Of a DNA stretch of 64,000 nucleotides, positions 28,524 through 38,106 are shown one piece after another. The DNA is from Patescibacteria group bacterium (GTDB lineage Bacteria; Patescibacteriota; Microgenomatia; UBA8517): positions 69,053-133,052 of the forward strand of contig DASVCV010000001.1 of NCBI GenBank assembly GCA_036381415.1. The letters are read 5' to 3'. A program made the position numbers and the translations under genes. Each line of letters starts with the position of its first letter. Position 1 is the first letter of the stretch. Under the pieces are notes generated by a model. The model was not told the origin of the DNA and searched no databases. It saw nothing but the letters and a program-made list of their open reading frames with translations.

Positions 28524-29435
28524 CTATGGTGTTGGGGTTGATAATTGATTTATTGCTTCATCAAAGAAGTCTACGATTATATTTGGTGGTATTACTACTC
28601 CAAGGTTTTGATAGTTACCCATTAAAACTGCAGATGGAATACCAACAATACACCCATTTTGATTTACTGCCAAACCTCCTGAGTTGCCACTGTCTATTTT
28701 AGCTGAAGTTAATATGTTGCCATCACTAGCAAAACTACTTATGACTCCTTCAGTGATTGTTAAGTTATAACCCCCACTTGTTACAGGATAGCCATATATT
28801 TTGATAGAGTCACCTAATTTTGGGAGTTCATCCGTGCAAATTTCTGGCTTTTTGAATGCCGGAAAAGTTCTTGGATAAGTTCCCCAAACTTTACCATCTG
28901 AATCAGTGTAGGCATCGTATATATTTAATAGAGCTATGTCGTATTGCTCACTTAATTGTGGAACTATTTCAGGTTTCGCTAGATAAATTCCTGTTGGAGT
29001 TCCAGTTGTTGTGTCTGCTAATGTCACTAAACAGAAGGAAGAACCAGTAATAACATGATTATTTGTCACAATTGTACCACTCTCACTAAATATAGTTCCT
29101 GAGCCTCCTCCTTCATTGTCACAAAAAATATTTACAACAGAGGCTATGTTGTCTTTTTGAGCACTATCTGAACTTGGTGTAGGAGTTGAAGTTGAAGTTT
29201 GATTGGTAGCAATAGTTTCTGTATTGGTTGGAGATGTCGACTGTGTGTCCCCTCCTGATATTCTCATTATAAATAAAAGTGCCAATACCGCTAAAACCGC
29301 AACTACTCGCCCATACTTGTTACGCCACAAGCTTAACCTGGTTTGTATGCTATTTATTACTGGGGCTTTGTATCCACAATTATTACAGAAGATGGCTTCC
29401 GATTTAATTCGTTGCCCGCAATTTTTGCAATACAT
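28524..29435 (-). CDS. zinc-ribbon + TM + trypsin-like serine protease
   Basis: CKNCG..CNNCG, TM helix, triad TNNHV / DIALL / GNSGG. Confidence 0.88.
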   Translation of the reverse strand: MYCKNCGQRIKSEAIFCNNCGYKAPVINSIQTRLSLWRNKYGRVVAVLAVLALLFIMRISGGDTQSTSPTNTETIATNQTSTSTPTPSSDSAQKDNIASVVNIFCDNEGGGSGTIFSESGTIVTNNHVITGSSFCLVTLADTTTGTPTGIYLAKPEIVPQLSEQYDIALLNIYDAYTDSDGKVWGTYPRTFPAFKKPEICTDELPKLGDSIKIYGYPVTSGGYNLTITEGVISSFASDGNILTSAKIDSGNSGGLAVNQNGCIVGIPSAVLMGNYQNLGVVIPPNIIVDFFDEAINQLSTPTP

Positions 29436-29438
29436 CTT

Positions 29439-29963
29439 TTAAATAGTTGCAGGTAGTTTGTTGCCACACTTAATACAGTATTTTGAATCTGAATCTATCT
29501 GCTTGCCGCAATGAGAGCAGTATATTTTATTATTTATACTTAAGTGGTGTACGCGCATATTTTCAACTTTGTAGGCAACATAATAGGCGTGCATATATAT
29601 TGCCCACCACAAAATGGCTAATATTCCACCGTTTCCATCAATAAGACTAATTAATTTTTCTAAAGTCCAAACAACCATTGCTGCAACCATTGCCCAACGA
29701 TGCCCTTTAAAAATAAAGAAGCCCAAGATTAGAAGAATGAAGACATCGAGTAAATTCCATGCATCCGTCGATCCTACTAAAATAAATAATAAAGTAATAG
29801 TAGCGCTAAATATATTTAGGAGAAAACTTTGCCCTTTTGCTGATTGTGTAATCTTAAGTGTTTCATACTCTCTTGTTTGCTTGTTCAGTTCATCTTTCCC
29901 GACCTGCCACCACAACAACCATTCAAGTATGCTCTTTCCTTTTTTATTATTTATCTCGGACAC
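29439..29963 (-). CDS. membrane protein with C-terminal zinc ribbon
   Basis: About 4 TM helices; CSHCG...CIKCG. Confidence 0.75.
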   Translation of the reverse strand: MSEINNKKGKSILEWLLWWQVGKDELNKQTREYETLKITQSAKGQSFLLNIFSATITLLFILVGSTDAWNLLDVFILLILGFFIFKGHRWAMVAAMVVWTLEKLISLIDGNGGILAILWWAIYMHAYYVAYKVENMRVHHLSINNKIYCSHCGKQIDSDSKYCIKCGNKLPATI

Positions 29964-30049
29964 AATGTACCTCTATAGTTAGATTATAGTACAAAGTTTG
30001 TAAAATAGTCAGTAGCGATGGAGCTGCCAAAGGTTTATGATTAGCTTAC

Positions 30050-30241
30050 ATGAAAGAATTCTTTAAAAAACCATTAAACTTTATTATTTTGATTACCTGT
30101 TTGGTGATTATTACTTATTTTGGAATTAAGATTTACAAAGAAATAATACCTTTAAGTCATAAAGAACAACAAATGCAATGCCTTAAACTAGGTAGCGACT
30201 CCAGAGCCGCAGCCTGTTTAAAACTGCTTGATAAACAGTGA
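30050..30241 (+). CDS. small membrane hypothetical protein
   Basis: 63 aa, single TM, Cys pair. Confidence 0.55.
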   Translation: MKEFFKKPLNFIILITCLVIITYFGIKIYKEIIPLSHKEQQMQCLKLGSDSRAAACLKLLDKQ

Positions 30242-30296
30242 GTTAGGGGATGGGTGCCATTAAATTTTCTCAAAAGGGGGTGTATAATTTAGATAT

Positions 30297-30833
30297 ATGA
30301 AGGGAAAGGGTGGAATTATTGGAGCGATAATTACCCTAGCTATAGGTGGCACGGTCTTCACTGTAAGCAAAACAGATATAGTTAAAAATTTTTCAAAAGA
30401 TACAGGCTTATCACAAGAAGAATCTCAACAATATGTTGAAGGTATAACTGAGGATGACCTTGTTTCTTATGATAAATTAGGGTCAGAATTTATTTCCGAT
30501 GGTCAAAAAATTCTAAGTATTGCCTATGATATAAACTGTGTTGACTACTCGTATAAGTGGGAAACAAACACATTATCTTGCGAAGAAGGAAAATCCCAAC
30601 TTATTAAGCTTGGAAATGATGAAAAATCATTGGGAAATGCATACACAATTCTAGCTTCTAAATCGGCCTCTAGGGAGGATATGTCTTCAACAATTAGTTT
30701 TATCGATAAGCTCAACATAGATTTTCGTTCCGAAGTAGTTACGTCTACATTAGATTCTAAGACAATAGATGAAGTTAGAAAAACAAACTCATATAATAAA
30801 GCACTCCTTCAGTCCGCATTGGAAAGCAAATAG
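30297..30833 (+). CDS. secreted or membrane-anchored hypothetical protein
   Basis: N-terminal hydrophobic segment; TGTATAAT just upstream. Confidence 0.65.
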   Translation: MKGKGGIIGAIITLAIGGTVFTVSKTDIVKNFSKDTGLSQEESQQYVEGITEDDLVSYDKLGSEFISDGQKILSIAYDINCVDYSYKWETNTLSCEEGKSQLIKLGNDEKSLGNAYTILASKSASREDMSSTISFIDKLNIDFRSEVVTSTLDSKTIDEVRKTNSYNKALLQSALESK

Positions 30834-30903
30834 TTTTTCCATTTACCGGAAAGGAATAAAGGGTGAGTTAACGTAAGGGACAGATTTATTACTAGTCAAT
30901 AAA

Positions 30904-31407
30904 TTATTTGTCCTGTCTTTTGTTTGAAGTTATAGCAGCTTTAAACATTGCTTCTCCTATTTCCCCCCACTTAACATGCTTTGTAACTTGATTTGACGGC
31001 ACAAACTTCCTTTCCCAATTTTTACCGTTATCTGGATCTGGAGTTTGGGGTAAAAGTTCATCTACTAAGCAAACACATCTTACCTGGTAGTAATATTTTT
31101 CAGGCGCATCTTTTGGATTTACTTTTTGCACACCTACTACCTTTATGTTTTTTACCTTTATATCTGCTTCTTCAATCATTTCTCTTTTTAGGGTTTCTTC
31201 TATTGTTTCATCTTTTTCTGGGTGTCCACCTGGAATAATCCATTCTCCCATCCCTTCTTTTCTTGCTATTAAAATTTCATTTTTGTCATTAAAGCAAACA
31301 CCATAAACTTGGGTAATTGGAGACAGCCCTTTGACAGAATTTGTTTTTATCCATTCAATTACAAATTTTTCACCTTCCCAGTTAGCTTTTTGAGTTGGAC
31401 GTTTCAT
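30904..31407 (-). CDS. NUDIX hydrolase
   Basis: PGGHPEKDETIEETLKREMIEEAD Nudix box. Confidence 0.9.
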   Translation of the reverse strand: MKRPTQKANWEGEKFVIEWIKTNSVKGLSPITQVYGVCFNDKNEILIARKEGMGEWIIPGGHPEKDETIEETLKREMIEEADIKVKNIKVVGVQKVNPKDAPEKYYYQVRCVCLVDELLPQTPDPDNGKNWERKFVPSNQVTKHVKWGEIGEAMFKAAITSNKRQDK

Positions 31408-32077
31408 TTTTGTTTAATGTGGTATCAGGACTATAAACTGATTTCTCAAGTTTGTTAAAAACAACTACATTATCAGGTCCAACTGTTTTTATTTCTGAAT
31501 CATTTACATAAATAGCGCTTTCCTCACTTAAAGCAATTATCTTAATATTTTTATTGTCTATGTATTTTTTAATTTTTTCATCATCATCTGGTGTATAGTG
31601 ACACCAGAGTTGAAAGCCGTTTAAGAGATCAAACCCAGATGTATCTTTTAACCCTACTTCATTGACATCTCCAAACACACCTGCTGGGTCTATACTCTTA
31701 CTAAATATGATTGCACCTGCACTTCCTCCATATATCACTCCCCCTTTTTCAATATAATTTTTTAATAGTTCATAAAAACCTGTCTTTCTAAATTCATTTA
31801 ATAGTTTATACGTGTTTCCCCCTCCAATATAAATTGCGCTAAATTTTTTCAAATCATCAAGTTTTTTGTTATTTAGATCAGTCCACATGGTTATTTTGTT
31901 TACTCCAAAGGGAGCTAATTCGCTTTTAATCCAAGCAAGGCACTCAGGGTACGGATGCTTGTCAGCATTTATTGCAATAGGAATATAAAGAATCTCAGGA
32001 TCTTTAGGAAGAAGACTAACAAAAAGCTCTTTTGAATCTTTAGAATCTCCTCCACCTGAAAGAATTAGCTGTTTCAT
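31382..32077 (-). CDS. peptidase E-like (S51) protein
   Basis: LSGGG, YIPIA, IGGGNT, GGSAGA, CHY; start moved to ATG 32077. Confidence 0.85.
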   Translation of the reverse strand: MKQLILSGGGDSKDSKELFVSLLPKDPEILYIPIAINADKHPYPECLAWIKSELAPFGVNKITMWTDLNNKKLDDLKKFSAIYIGGGNTYKLLNEFRKTGFYELLKNYIEKGGVIYGGSAGAIIFSKSIDPAGVFGDVNEVGLKDTSGFDLLNGFQLWCHYTPDDDEKIKKYIDNKNIKIIALSEESAIYVNDSEIKTVGPDNVVVFNKLEKSVYSPDTTLNKNETSNSKS

Positions 32078-32130
32078 TATTTGTAAGTATAGCACTATAA
32101 TATATTTCACTAATTTACTCGGAGGAAACA

Positions 32131-32883
32131 ATGAAAGCTAAAATATCTGAACCATTTTTAACTGCCTACAATAAAGTTAAAAATCTTCAAAAGTGTGACA
32201 GATACTTAGGGGCATTTATTTTTGGTTCTGTTGTTCGTGGAGAACAAGATAAAAATAGTGATTTAGACGTTATTGTTCTTGTTAACCAGGATAATGACTG
32301 TAAGGAAATAAACCATCCAATTATAAACGGTATTAAGCTAGATATTACATTCCGTTCACTTAAACAGATTAAAGAAGATAATGAAAATACTGCTAAGAAA
32401 GGTGAGAGAATCCCTATTATTTCTGAATCAATAATTGTATTTGATAAAAAGGGAGATTTAAATAAACTTAAAAATGCGTTTAAAAAAGCAAAGCCAAAAA
32501 AGGTAATGAAGAAAGATTTTCAGTTTATTCATTTCATGCTTTATCATTCTGATAATAAAGCAAAAAGAAATCTCGAAGATGATAAACCAAGTGCTCTTCT
32601 TGCAATGAGTATCAATTTAAATGACATATTAAAGTTTCACTATCAGATTAATGGAAAATGGTGGGTCAGCAACAAAAGATTACTTCCAGATTTAGGAGAT
32701 TGGGATCCTAAGCTTGCAAAACTTGTTGAAAAATTTGTTTCAACATCTGTGGTTTCTAAGAAGTATATACTTTGGAGCAAAATATTAGATCATGTTGCAA
32801 AACCAATTGGAGGAAGAAAAGAAATATCTGAAATAAACTGCAGCTGTAAAGTTTGCAAGAAGGATTTGGCTAACCTTATCTAA
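32131..32883 (+). CDS. nucleotidyltransferase-domain protein
   Basis: FGSVVRG...SDLDV Pol-beta NTase motif, helical C-terminal domain. Confidence 0.85.
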   Translation: MKAKISEPFLTAYNKVKNLQKCDRYLGAFIFGSVVRGEQDKNSDLDVIVLVNQDNDCKEINHPIINGIKLDITFRSLKQIKEDNENTAKKGERIPIISESIIVFDKKGDLNKLKNAFKKAKPKKVMKKDFQFIHFMLYHSDNKAKRNLEDDKPSALLAMSINLNDILKFHYQINGKWWVSNKRLLPDLGDWDPKLAKLVEKFVSTSVVSKKYILWSKILDHVAKPIGGRKEISEINCSCKVCKKDLANLI

Positions 32884-33520
32884 TGTGCAGGTGATCATTC
32901 AGATATCTTAATTCCCAATGCTTTCTGTCTGGAACATATTCCAGTAAGGTAATGCTAGTATTTGCAACTGATATGCTTCTAAAGATTTGAGAAAAAACTT
33001 TATCATCATAATCTTCTCCTAATAAGGCAAGAATTACAAAGCATCTTATAAATAATCCATGAGTAACTACTAGGATATTTTGATTATTGTGGTGGCTAAT
33101 TAAATGATCTTTAAAAGAAGCTGCTCTTTTTATCACGTCTCTTATAGATTCCCCTTTTCCTTCAAACTTCCAATCCAAGTCTGAACCAAATTTTTCAACT
33201 TCTTCAATATACTTTTTTTGAATATCACTATTCATATTTGCTCCATATAAAGAAGGGTTTTGCTCTTTTTCGTGAATACCCTCGAATGTTTCTAGTTCTT
33301 TACCTATTTTTTTAGAAACTATTTGAGCAGTTTTCCTTGCTCTATCCCATTTACTAGAAAGTACGACATCTATTTTTTCTTTTCCCATCCTTTGAGCTAA
33401 AGCATTTGCTTGTTTAATTCCTTCCAGGCCCAAGGGTGAGTCAGGAGATTGTCTTTTGTCTCCTTCATGATCAGCGCTTTTCCCGTGCCTTACTAAATAA
33501 ACTTCCATGTTTTCTATCAT
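32876..33520 (-). CDS. histidine phosphatase (PGM family)
   Basis: LVRHG, RARKTA, GES, VTHG, NTS. Confidence 0.92.
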   Translation of the reverse strand: MIENMEVYLVRHGKSADHEGDKRQSPDSPLGLEGIKQANALAQRMGKEKIDVVLSSKWDRARKTAQIVSKKIGKELETFEGIHEKEQNPSLYGANMNSDIQKKYIEEVEKFGSDLDWKFEGKGESIRDVIKRAASFKDHLISHHNNQNILVVTHGLFIRCFVILALLGEDYDDKVFSQIFRSISVANTSITLLEYVPDRKHWELRYLNDHLHIR

Positions 33521-33559
33521 GGCTTGATTATATAACAGTTAAGGCAGGATAATACAGGT

Positions 33560-33964
33560 ATGGCAAGAACAGGAATTCGAGCATCTGCAATTATTATTAA
33601 AGGCGGCAAAATATTACTTATTCATAGAAAAAAAGATGGAGAAGAATATTGGGTTTTCCCTGGTGGTGGAATTGAAGACAATGAAACCTGGGATGAAGCA
33701 TTAATTAGAGAAGTCAAAGAAGAAACCGCGTTGGATGTTAAAAAACATAAATTATCCTTCATGAATCTTAGTGACATTGACAACAAAGAACATCCTTTTT
33801 ATATATGTGAAGTATCTGAAGGAGAAGCAAAGATGATTGGAGAGGAAACTCAAAGGAATTCACCTGATAATTGGTATCAACTAGAGTGGGTTGAATTAAA
33901 GAATCTTTCAGAACTTCGTTTGCTTCCAGAGAATGCAAAAGAAAAAGTTATAAAGCTTAAATAA
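33560..33964 (+). CDS. NUDIX hydrolase
   Basis: FPGGGIEDNETWDEALIREVKEET. Confidence 0.92.
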   Translation: MARTGIRASAIIIKGGKILLIHRKKDGEEYWVFPGGGIEDNETWDEALIREVKEETALDVKKHKLSFMNLSDIDNKEHPFYICEVSEGEAKMIGEETQRNSPDNWYQLEWVELKNLSELRLLPENAKEKVIKLK

Positions 33965-34478
33965 AGTGTTTTTTGTTTAGGTAAGATAGATAAGCGTTTT
34001 GGATAGCTTCTTCAAAGGCTGTCTTCCTTGAAATTAAAGCTTGAACCAAAGGCATTACATTTTTATCTCCTTTATGCTTTGATTCATATTCTCTAATCAC
34101 TTCCCCAAACTGCTCACCCTTTTTAATCCTTTCTGAAACCTCTTTGGGAAGCTGCAACTTGCCTCCAATTCCTATAGACAAATGACCATCAAAATCATAA
34201 ATAGCAGCAACACATACTAAAAAATATCCTTTGTCTGCAATTTCTTGAAGTCCACCCTCAAGACCAACTGAAAAATCTTTATTTTTAGCTTTGGTTAATG
34301 CGTTTTTAGCTCTGTTTGAAGCACCCTGGATAGTAACCTCTTCATTTAGTGGTTGGTCTGTAATCCCAGACTCTACTTCAAAACCCACTATATCGATTTC
34401 GCTCTCAACCAGAGATTTAAGAGCGTCTTTTAAAATTGAAATCTTGCTGTCGCTTGTTGAACCCAATGCTATCTTCAT
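33957..34478 (-). CDS. inosine/xanthosine triphosphatase (YjjX/DUF84)
   Basis: GSTSDSK, ESGITDQP, GASNRA, GLEGG, SR. Confidence 0.85.
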   Translation of the reverse strand: MKIALGSTSDSKISILKDALKSLVESEIDIVGFEVESGITDQPLNEEVTIQGASNRAKNALTKAKNKDFSVGLEGGLQEIADKGYFLVCVAAIYDFDGHLSIGIGGKLQLPKEVSERIKKGEQFGEVIREYESKHKGDKNVMPLVQALISRKTAFEEAIQNAYLSYLNKKHFI

Positions 34479-34489
34479 AATTTTAAACC

Positions 34490-34534
34490 TTACCTAATGT
34501 GCAGACGGTCATTAAAATCTTTTAACTTTCAGTG
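34490..34534 (-). pseudogene. 3' remnant of a histidine phosphatase paralogue
   Basis: Reads H*KLKDFNDRLHIR-stop versus HWELRYLNDHLHIR-stop at 32876-32920; nucleotide match AACCTTAyCTAATGTGCAG. Confidence 0.55.
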
Positions 34535-34617
34535 ATAATTTCGTACCTTCCACCCAAAATAGGTTGAGTTTTGAAGGCGGTATGAATGTGTCTACTGATA
34601 TTGATTTACCACTCGAA

Positions 34618-35511
34618 TCATACTTTTGTATTGTTTCGATTTATAAACTTGGTAATCTCTTTTCTAGCTTCCTTTTCTCTGGTCTCAAAGCCATGAGTTG
34701 CGTTTTTAATTGCAGAAATAGTAAGTTGCTTAGATCTCGTGTTGGATTTAAACCACTCTTGTAATTTAGAAGTTGGCCTATCTCTATATTCATCTTTATC
34801 TGCAAAGATGATCAAAATTGGTATTTTTACTTTTTGCAAAATTTCTGCACTTTTATCAGTTTGAGCATAGCAAAATATCTCTTCAGGGCTATCGGGAGAA
34901 TATAAACTTAAGAATCTCTGTGCATCATGTAAGTCTGGCCATATATCAAACGGCATCATTTTATGAGGGTTATCTTTTAACATCTCTCTCGCGATTTCGT
35001 ATAGGTGTTTAATTTTTTCAGGTTCAACGGATTTTATAAAAAAGGCATAATCGCTTAGCGGACAAAGCAAGGCCACACCAGCAACACTTTTTTGTTTCCC
35101 TCGTTGGCTCAGATAATATATAGATTTTTGACACCCTGTTGAGTGACCGATCAAATAGATTTCCTTGGCACCTTTTCCCTTAGTTAAATTTATTGCTCCT
35201 TCTATATCATCTACACAATCAGTAAATATCTCATGTGCTTCTCCCATAAGAAAAGAGGTACTCCCTTTTCTTTTTCTTTTATCAATTTTCTTAATTTTAG
35301 ATATTTTGGCAGTCCCCCTATTTGAAAATGTTAATAAGGAGGTCTCTTTATTTACTAATGGAACTAGTATTTTAAGACTCGAAAATGCACTTCCATTCAA
35401 TCCATGAATGAATATAAGTGCTTTTTTGGGATTTTCAGGTCCAAACCAGAGCCCATTAAGTCTGAATTTTTTCGGGGTAATTATGTCTACTGTTTCACAT
35501 TTTTCGCCCAT
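34618..35511 (-). CDS. alpha/beta hydrolase (DUF1749-like)
   Basis: FIHGL, GHSTGCQ nucleophile elbow, C-terminal ATHGF. Confidence 0.85.
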   Translation of the reverse strand: MGEKCETVDIITPKKFRLNGLWFGPENPKKALIFIHGLNGSAFSSLKILVPLVNKETSLLTFSNRGTAKISKIKKIDKRKRKGSTSFLMGEAHEIFTDCVDDIEGAINLTKGKGAKEIYLIGHSTGCQKSIYYLSQRGKQKSVAGVALLCPLSDYAFFIKSVEPEKIKHLYEIAREMLKDNPHKMMPFDIWPDLHDAQRFLSLYSPDSPEEIFCYAQTDKSAEILQKVKIPILIIFADKDEYRDRPTSKLQEWFKSNTRSKQLTISAIKNATHGFETREKEARKEITKFINRNNTKV

Positions 35512-35554
35512 AGTTTTGAACCGAACCTAGTCTGTAGTATACTACATAACTACT

Positions 35555-36124
35555 ATGAATCAAAGCAAACTCGAGTCGCTTTTTGAGCAGGTTGTTGATG
35601 AAATTGATCCTGACTCGATGAGAGCCGGGTTAAAAGAAACGCCGCGACGTGTGGTCAAGTCATTTAAAGAGCTCACGTATTATAATCGTCACAAATCTGA
35701 CCTTGACAAACACTTTGTTTTCTTTCCAACCAAGGCCAGCGATCACTTAATTATTGTTTCTAATATTTTCTTTGCTAGCCTTTGTGAACACCATTTACTT
35801 CCCTATTTTGGCCATATAAGCATCGGTTATATACCGAGTAATAAAATTTTAGGCCTTTCAAAGTTTAAAAGAGTAATAGATTTAATTACTAAACAACTTT
35901 CTGTGCAAGAAGATCTTGCCCAGCAAATCCATGAACTTTTCTGGAAAAAGCTAGAACCGAAAGCTCTTATTGTATATGTTGAGGGCAAGCACACTTGTTC
36001 TTTAGTGCGCGGAGCAAAGGACGAACAATCAACTTTTTCGGTTATAAATAAATCTGACTACTTTTCTAAACATTCAACAGAATTAGATTTATTTCTTAAA
36101 GTAATAAGCAACTCCAAAAAATAA
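35555..36124 (+). CDS. folE: GTP cyclohydrolase I
   Basis: ETPRRV, SLCEHHLLP, GLSK, QE, HTC..RG zinc ligands intact. Confidence 0.9.
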   Translation: MNQSKLESLFEQVVDEIDPDSMRAGLKETPRRVVKSFKELTYYNRHKSDLDKHFVFFPTKASDHLIIVSNIFFASLCEHHLLPYFGHISIGYIPSNKILGLSKFKRVIDLITKQLSVQEDLAQQIHELFWKKLEPKALIVYVEGKHTCSLVRGAKDEQSTFSVINKSDYFSKHSTELDLFLKVISNSKK

Positions 36125-36126
36125 AG

Positions 36127-38106
36127 ATGGAAAGACCAAGACCTGAATCAGAATTAGTTAATAATCTTAAACCCCCTTTTGATTTAAATGTCGAAGAATT
36201 ACAAGATTTAAGTGTTTATTTAAGAAGGAAAGTTTTTGAAATTTGTGTGCGTTCGGCAAGCGGACACATAGGTGGAAGCTCATCTTCGGTAGAGCTAATG
36301 ACATCACTTTATTTTGGTGGGGTTCTTAATTATGACCCTCGAAATCTACACCACCCAGACCGTGACAGAGTTTTGGTTAGAGGACACCTTGGCCCTTTGA
36401 GGTATCCGATACTTTCCTTGCTTGGAGAAGTTGAAGATGAAGAACTTACCACTTATAGAGAATTGGGGTCGAGACTGCAAGGACATGAAGAGCATCAACG
36501 ACTACCTGGTGTTGATTTAACGCCAAGCGGATCTCTTGGTATGCTCTTATCTTATGGTGTAGGTGCAGCTATTGCGTCGAGAGATAGCGGTAGAATTTAT
36601 AAAACTTATGTTTTCTTAGGAGATGGCGAGGAGCAGGAAGGAAACGTGAGCGAGGCTGCCCGCCATGCAGCACATCTGAATTTAGATAATCTAATTGTAA
36701 TCTTGGACAAAAATAAGAAACAGCTTTCTAATCCAACATCAGGAACTGACAACGCAGACATTATAAAGACCTGGTCCGGGTATGGATGGAATACGTTAGA
36801 AATAAAAAATGGACATGATATAAATGAAATCCTTTCTGTCTTAGAGAAAGCCAAAGAGATAAAAGGTCCAGTATTTGTCGTTGCAAATACAGTTAAAGGT
36901 TACGGACTGGAAGGAGCTGAAGAGCATTTTAGCGGTTATCACACCATAAGAACATGCCCCCCCACTATAGCCGAAGCGGCAATAACCAAACTCAACCAGG
37001 AAATTAATATAAATGAAGATAGATATGATGTTTTATTCAATAAAATAAAACAGAAAGGTAAAGACAGCATAGACGCCCGGCCTGAGAAACTATTTGAGGA
37101 AATAACTCTAGATATTCAGCCAACTACCAACACTTCCAGGAATCTGAATGCAGCTCAGGGTGAATACTTCATTAGATTGGGAGAATTATTAAAAAATAGA
37201 CCAGCAGATATGCCTCCAATTTATTTTTTTACAGCCGATGTCGTGAGACAAGACGATGTTGAAGCAGCTAGGCTTAGAGATTTTGCTCAATTTATAAACG
37301 TAGGTATAAGAGAGCAGCATATGGTTGCTATGTCTCATGGATTAAGCCTCTCTTCTCCTGAGGCAAGAATAATAATTAGTAGTTTTGATGCCTTTACTTA
37401 TCGTTCTATTGATCAGCTTAATTCTTTATCTCTTGGGGATGGTAGTGTTGTGATCATTGGTGATATTGCTGGCATAACAAATGCAAAAAATGGAGCCACT
37501 CATCAGGCTGCAAGTCAGCCTGGAGCTTTGTTGAGTATGCCAAAAGTTACGATGCTTGAACCGGCAGATGTTACAGATCTTTTTAACTGCCTAAACTGGT
37601 CAATTGGAAAAAGTCGGGGGCCAGTTTACATTAGAGTGCACAATTCGAGTGTTAAAGATCTAGAACGGATGCCTATTGAGAGTGACTCGAGAAAACTCGA
37701 TTATTATGTTGTGAAACCAGCCAGCAACAAAAAGATTGAACTTACTATTGTTGCAAGCGGTCTTACCACGGGACATTCCATAGAAGCTGCAGGGATTTTA
37801 GACAATATGGGTATTGGTGTACAGGTTATAAATGTTATAAATCAGAAATCGCTTGATAAAGAGTTCGCACAACTATTCCCTGCCAATAAGCCCGTTCTAA
37901 CCGTTTATAACGGCGAACCTCAGATTCTTCAAAATAGTGTAGCAAGAGTGATACTTGAAAATGGAGGCTCATCGTTACCCTCAAAAATAATTGGTCATGG
38001 TTTTCAAGTTGGCACTTCTGGAAGCTTAAGTGATTTAATTAAACACTACAAACTTGATGCTAAAGGTATTGTCAGCGTGGTTTTTGAAAAATTAATTCAA
38101 AGGTAG
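36127..38106 (+). CDS. transketolase-family ThDP enzyme (single chain)
   Basis: SGHIGG, LQGH, GSLG, GDGE..EG...N ThDP motif, GIREQ, GATHQ. Confidence 0.88.
   Translation: MERPRPESELVNNLKPPFDLNVEELQDLSVYLRRKVFEICVRSASGHIGGSSSSVELMTSLYFGGVLNYDPRNLHHPDRDRVLVRGHLGPLRYPILSLLGEVEDEELTTYRELGSRLQGHEEHQRLPGVDLTPSGSLGMLLSYGVGAAIASRDSGRIYKTYVFLGDGEEQEGNVSEAARHAAHLNLDNLIVILDKNKKQLSNPTSGTDNADIIKTWSGYGWNTLEIKNGHDINEILSVLEKAKEIKGPVFVVANTVKGYGLEGAEEHFSGYHTIRTCPPTIAEAAITKLNQEININEDRYDVLFNKIKQKGKDSIDARPEKLFEEITLDIQPTTNTSRNLNAAQGEYFIRLGELLKNRPADMPPIYFFTADVVRQDDVEAARLRDFAQFINVGIREQHMVAMSHGLSLSSPEARIIISSFDAFTYRSIDQLNSLSLGDGSVVIIGDIAGITNAKNGATHQAASQPGALLSMPKVTMLEPADVTDLFNCLNWSIGKSRGPVYIRVHNSSVKDLERMPIESDSRKLDYYVVKPASNKKIELTIVASGLTTGHSIEAAGILDNMGIGVQVINVINQKSLDKEFAQLFPANKPVLTVYNGEPQILQNSVARVILENGGSSLPSKIIGHGFQVGTSGSLSDLIKHYKLDAKGIVSVVFEKLIQR

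Noticed and set aside
34529-34531. TGA at a Trp-equivalent position suggesting stop-codon reassignment
   Set aside because: It is in a gene relic; intact genes (tmk, dut, fmt) end in TGA and long ORFs are uninterrupted under code 11.
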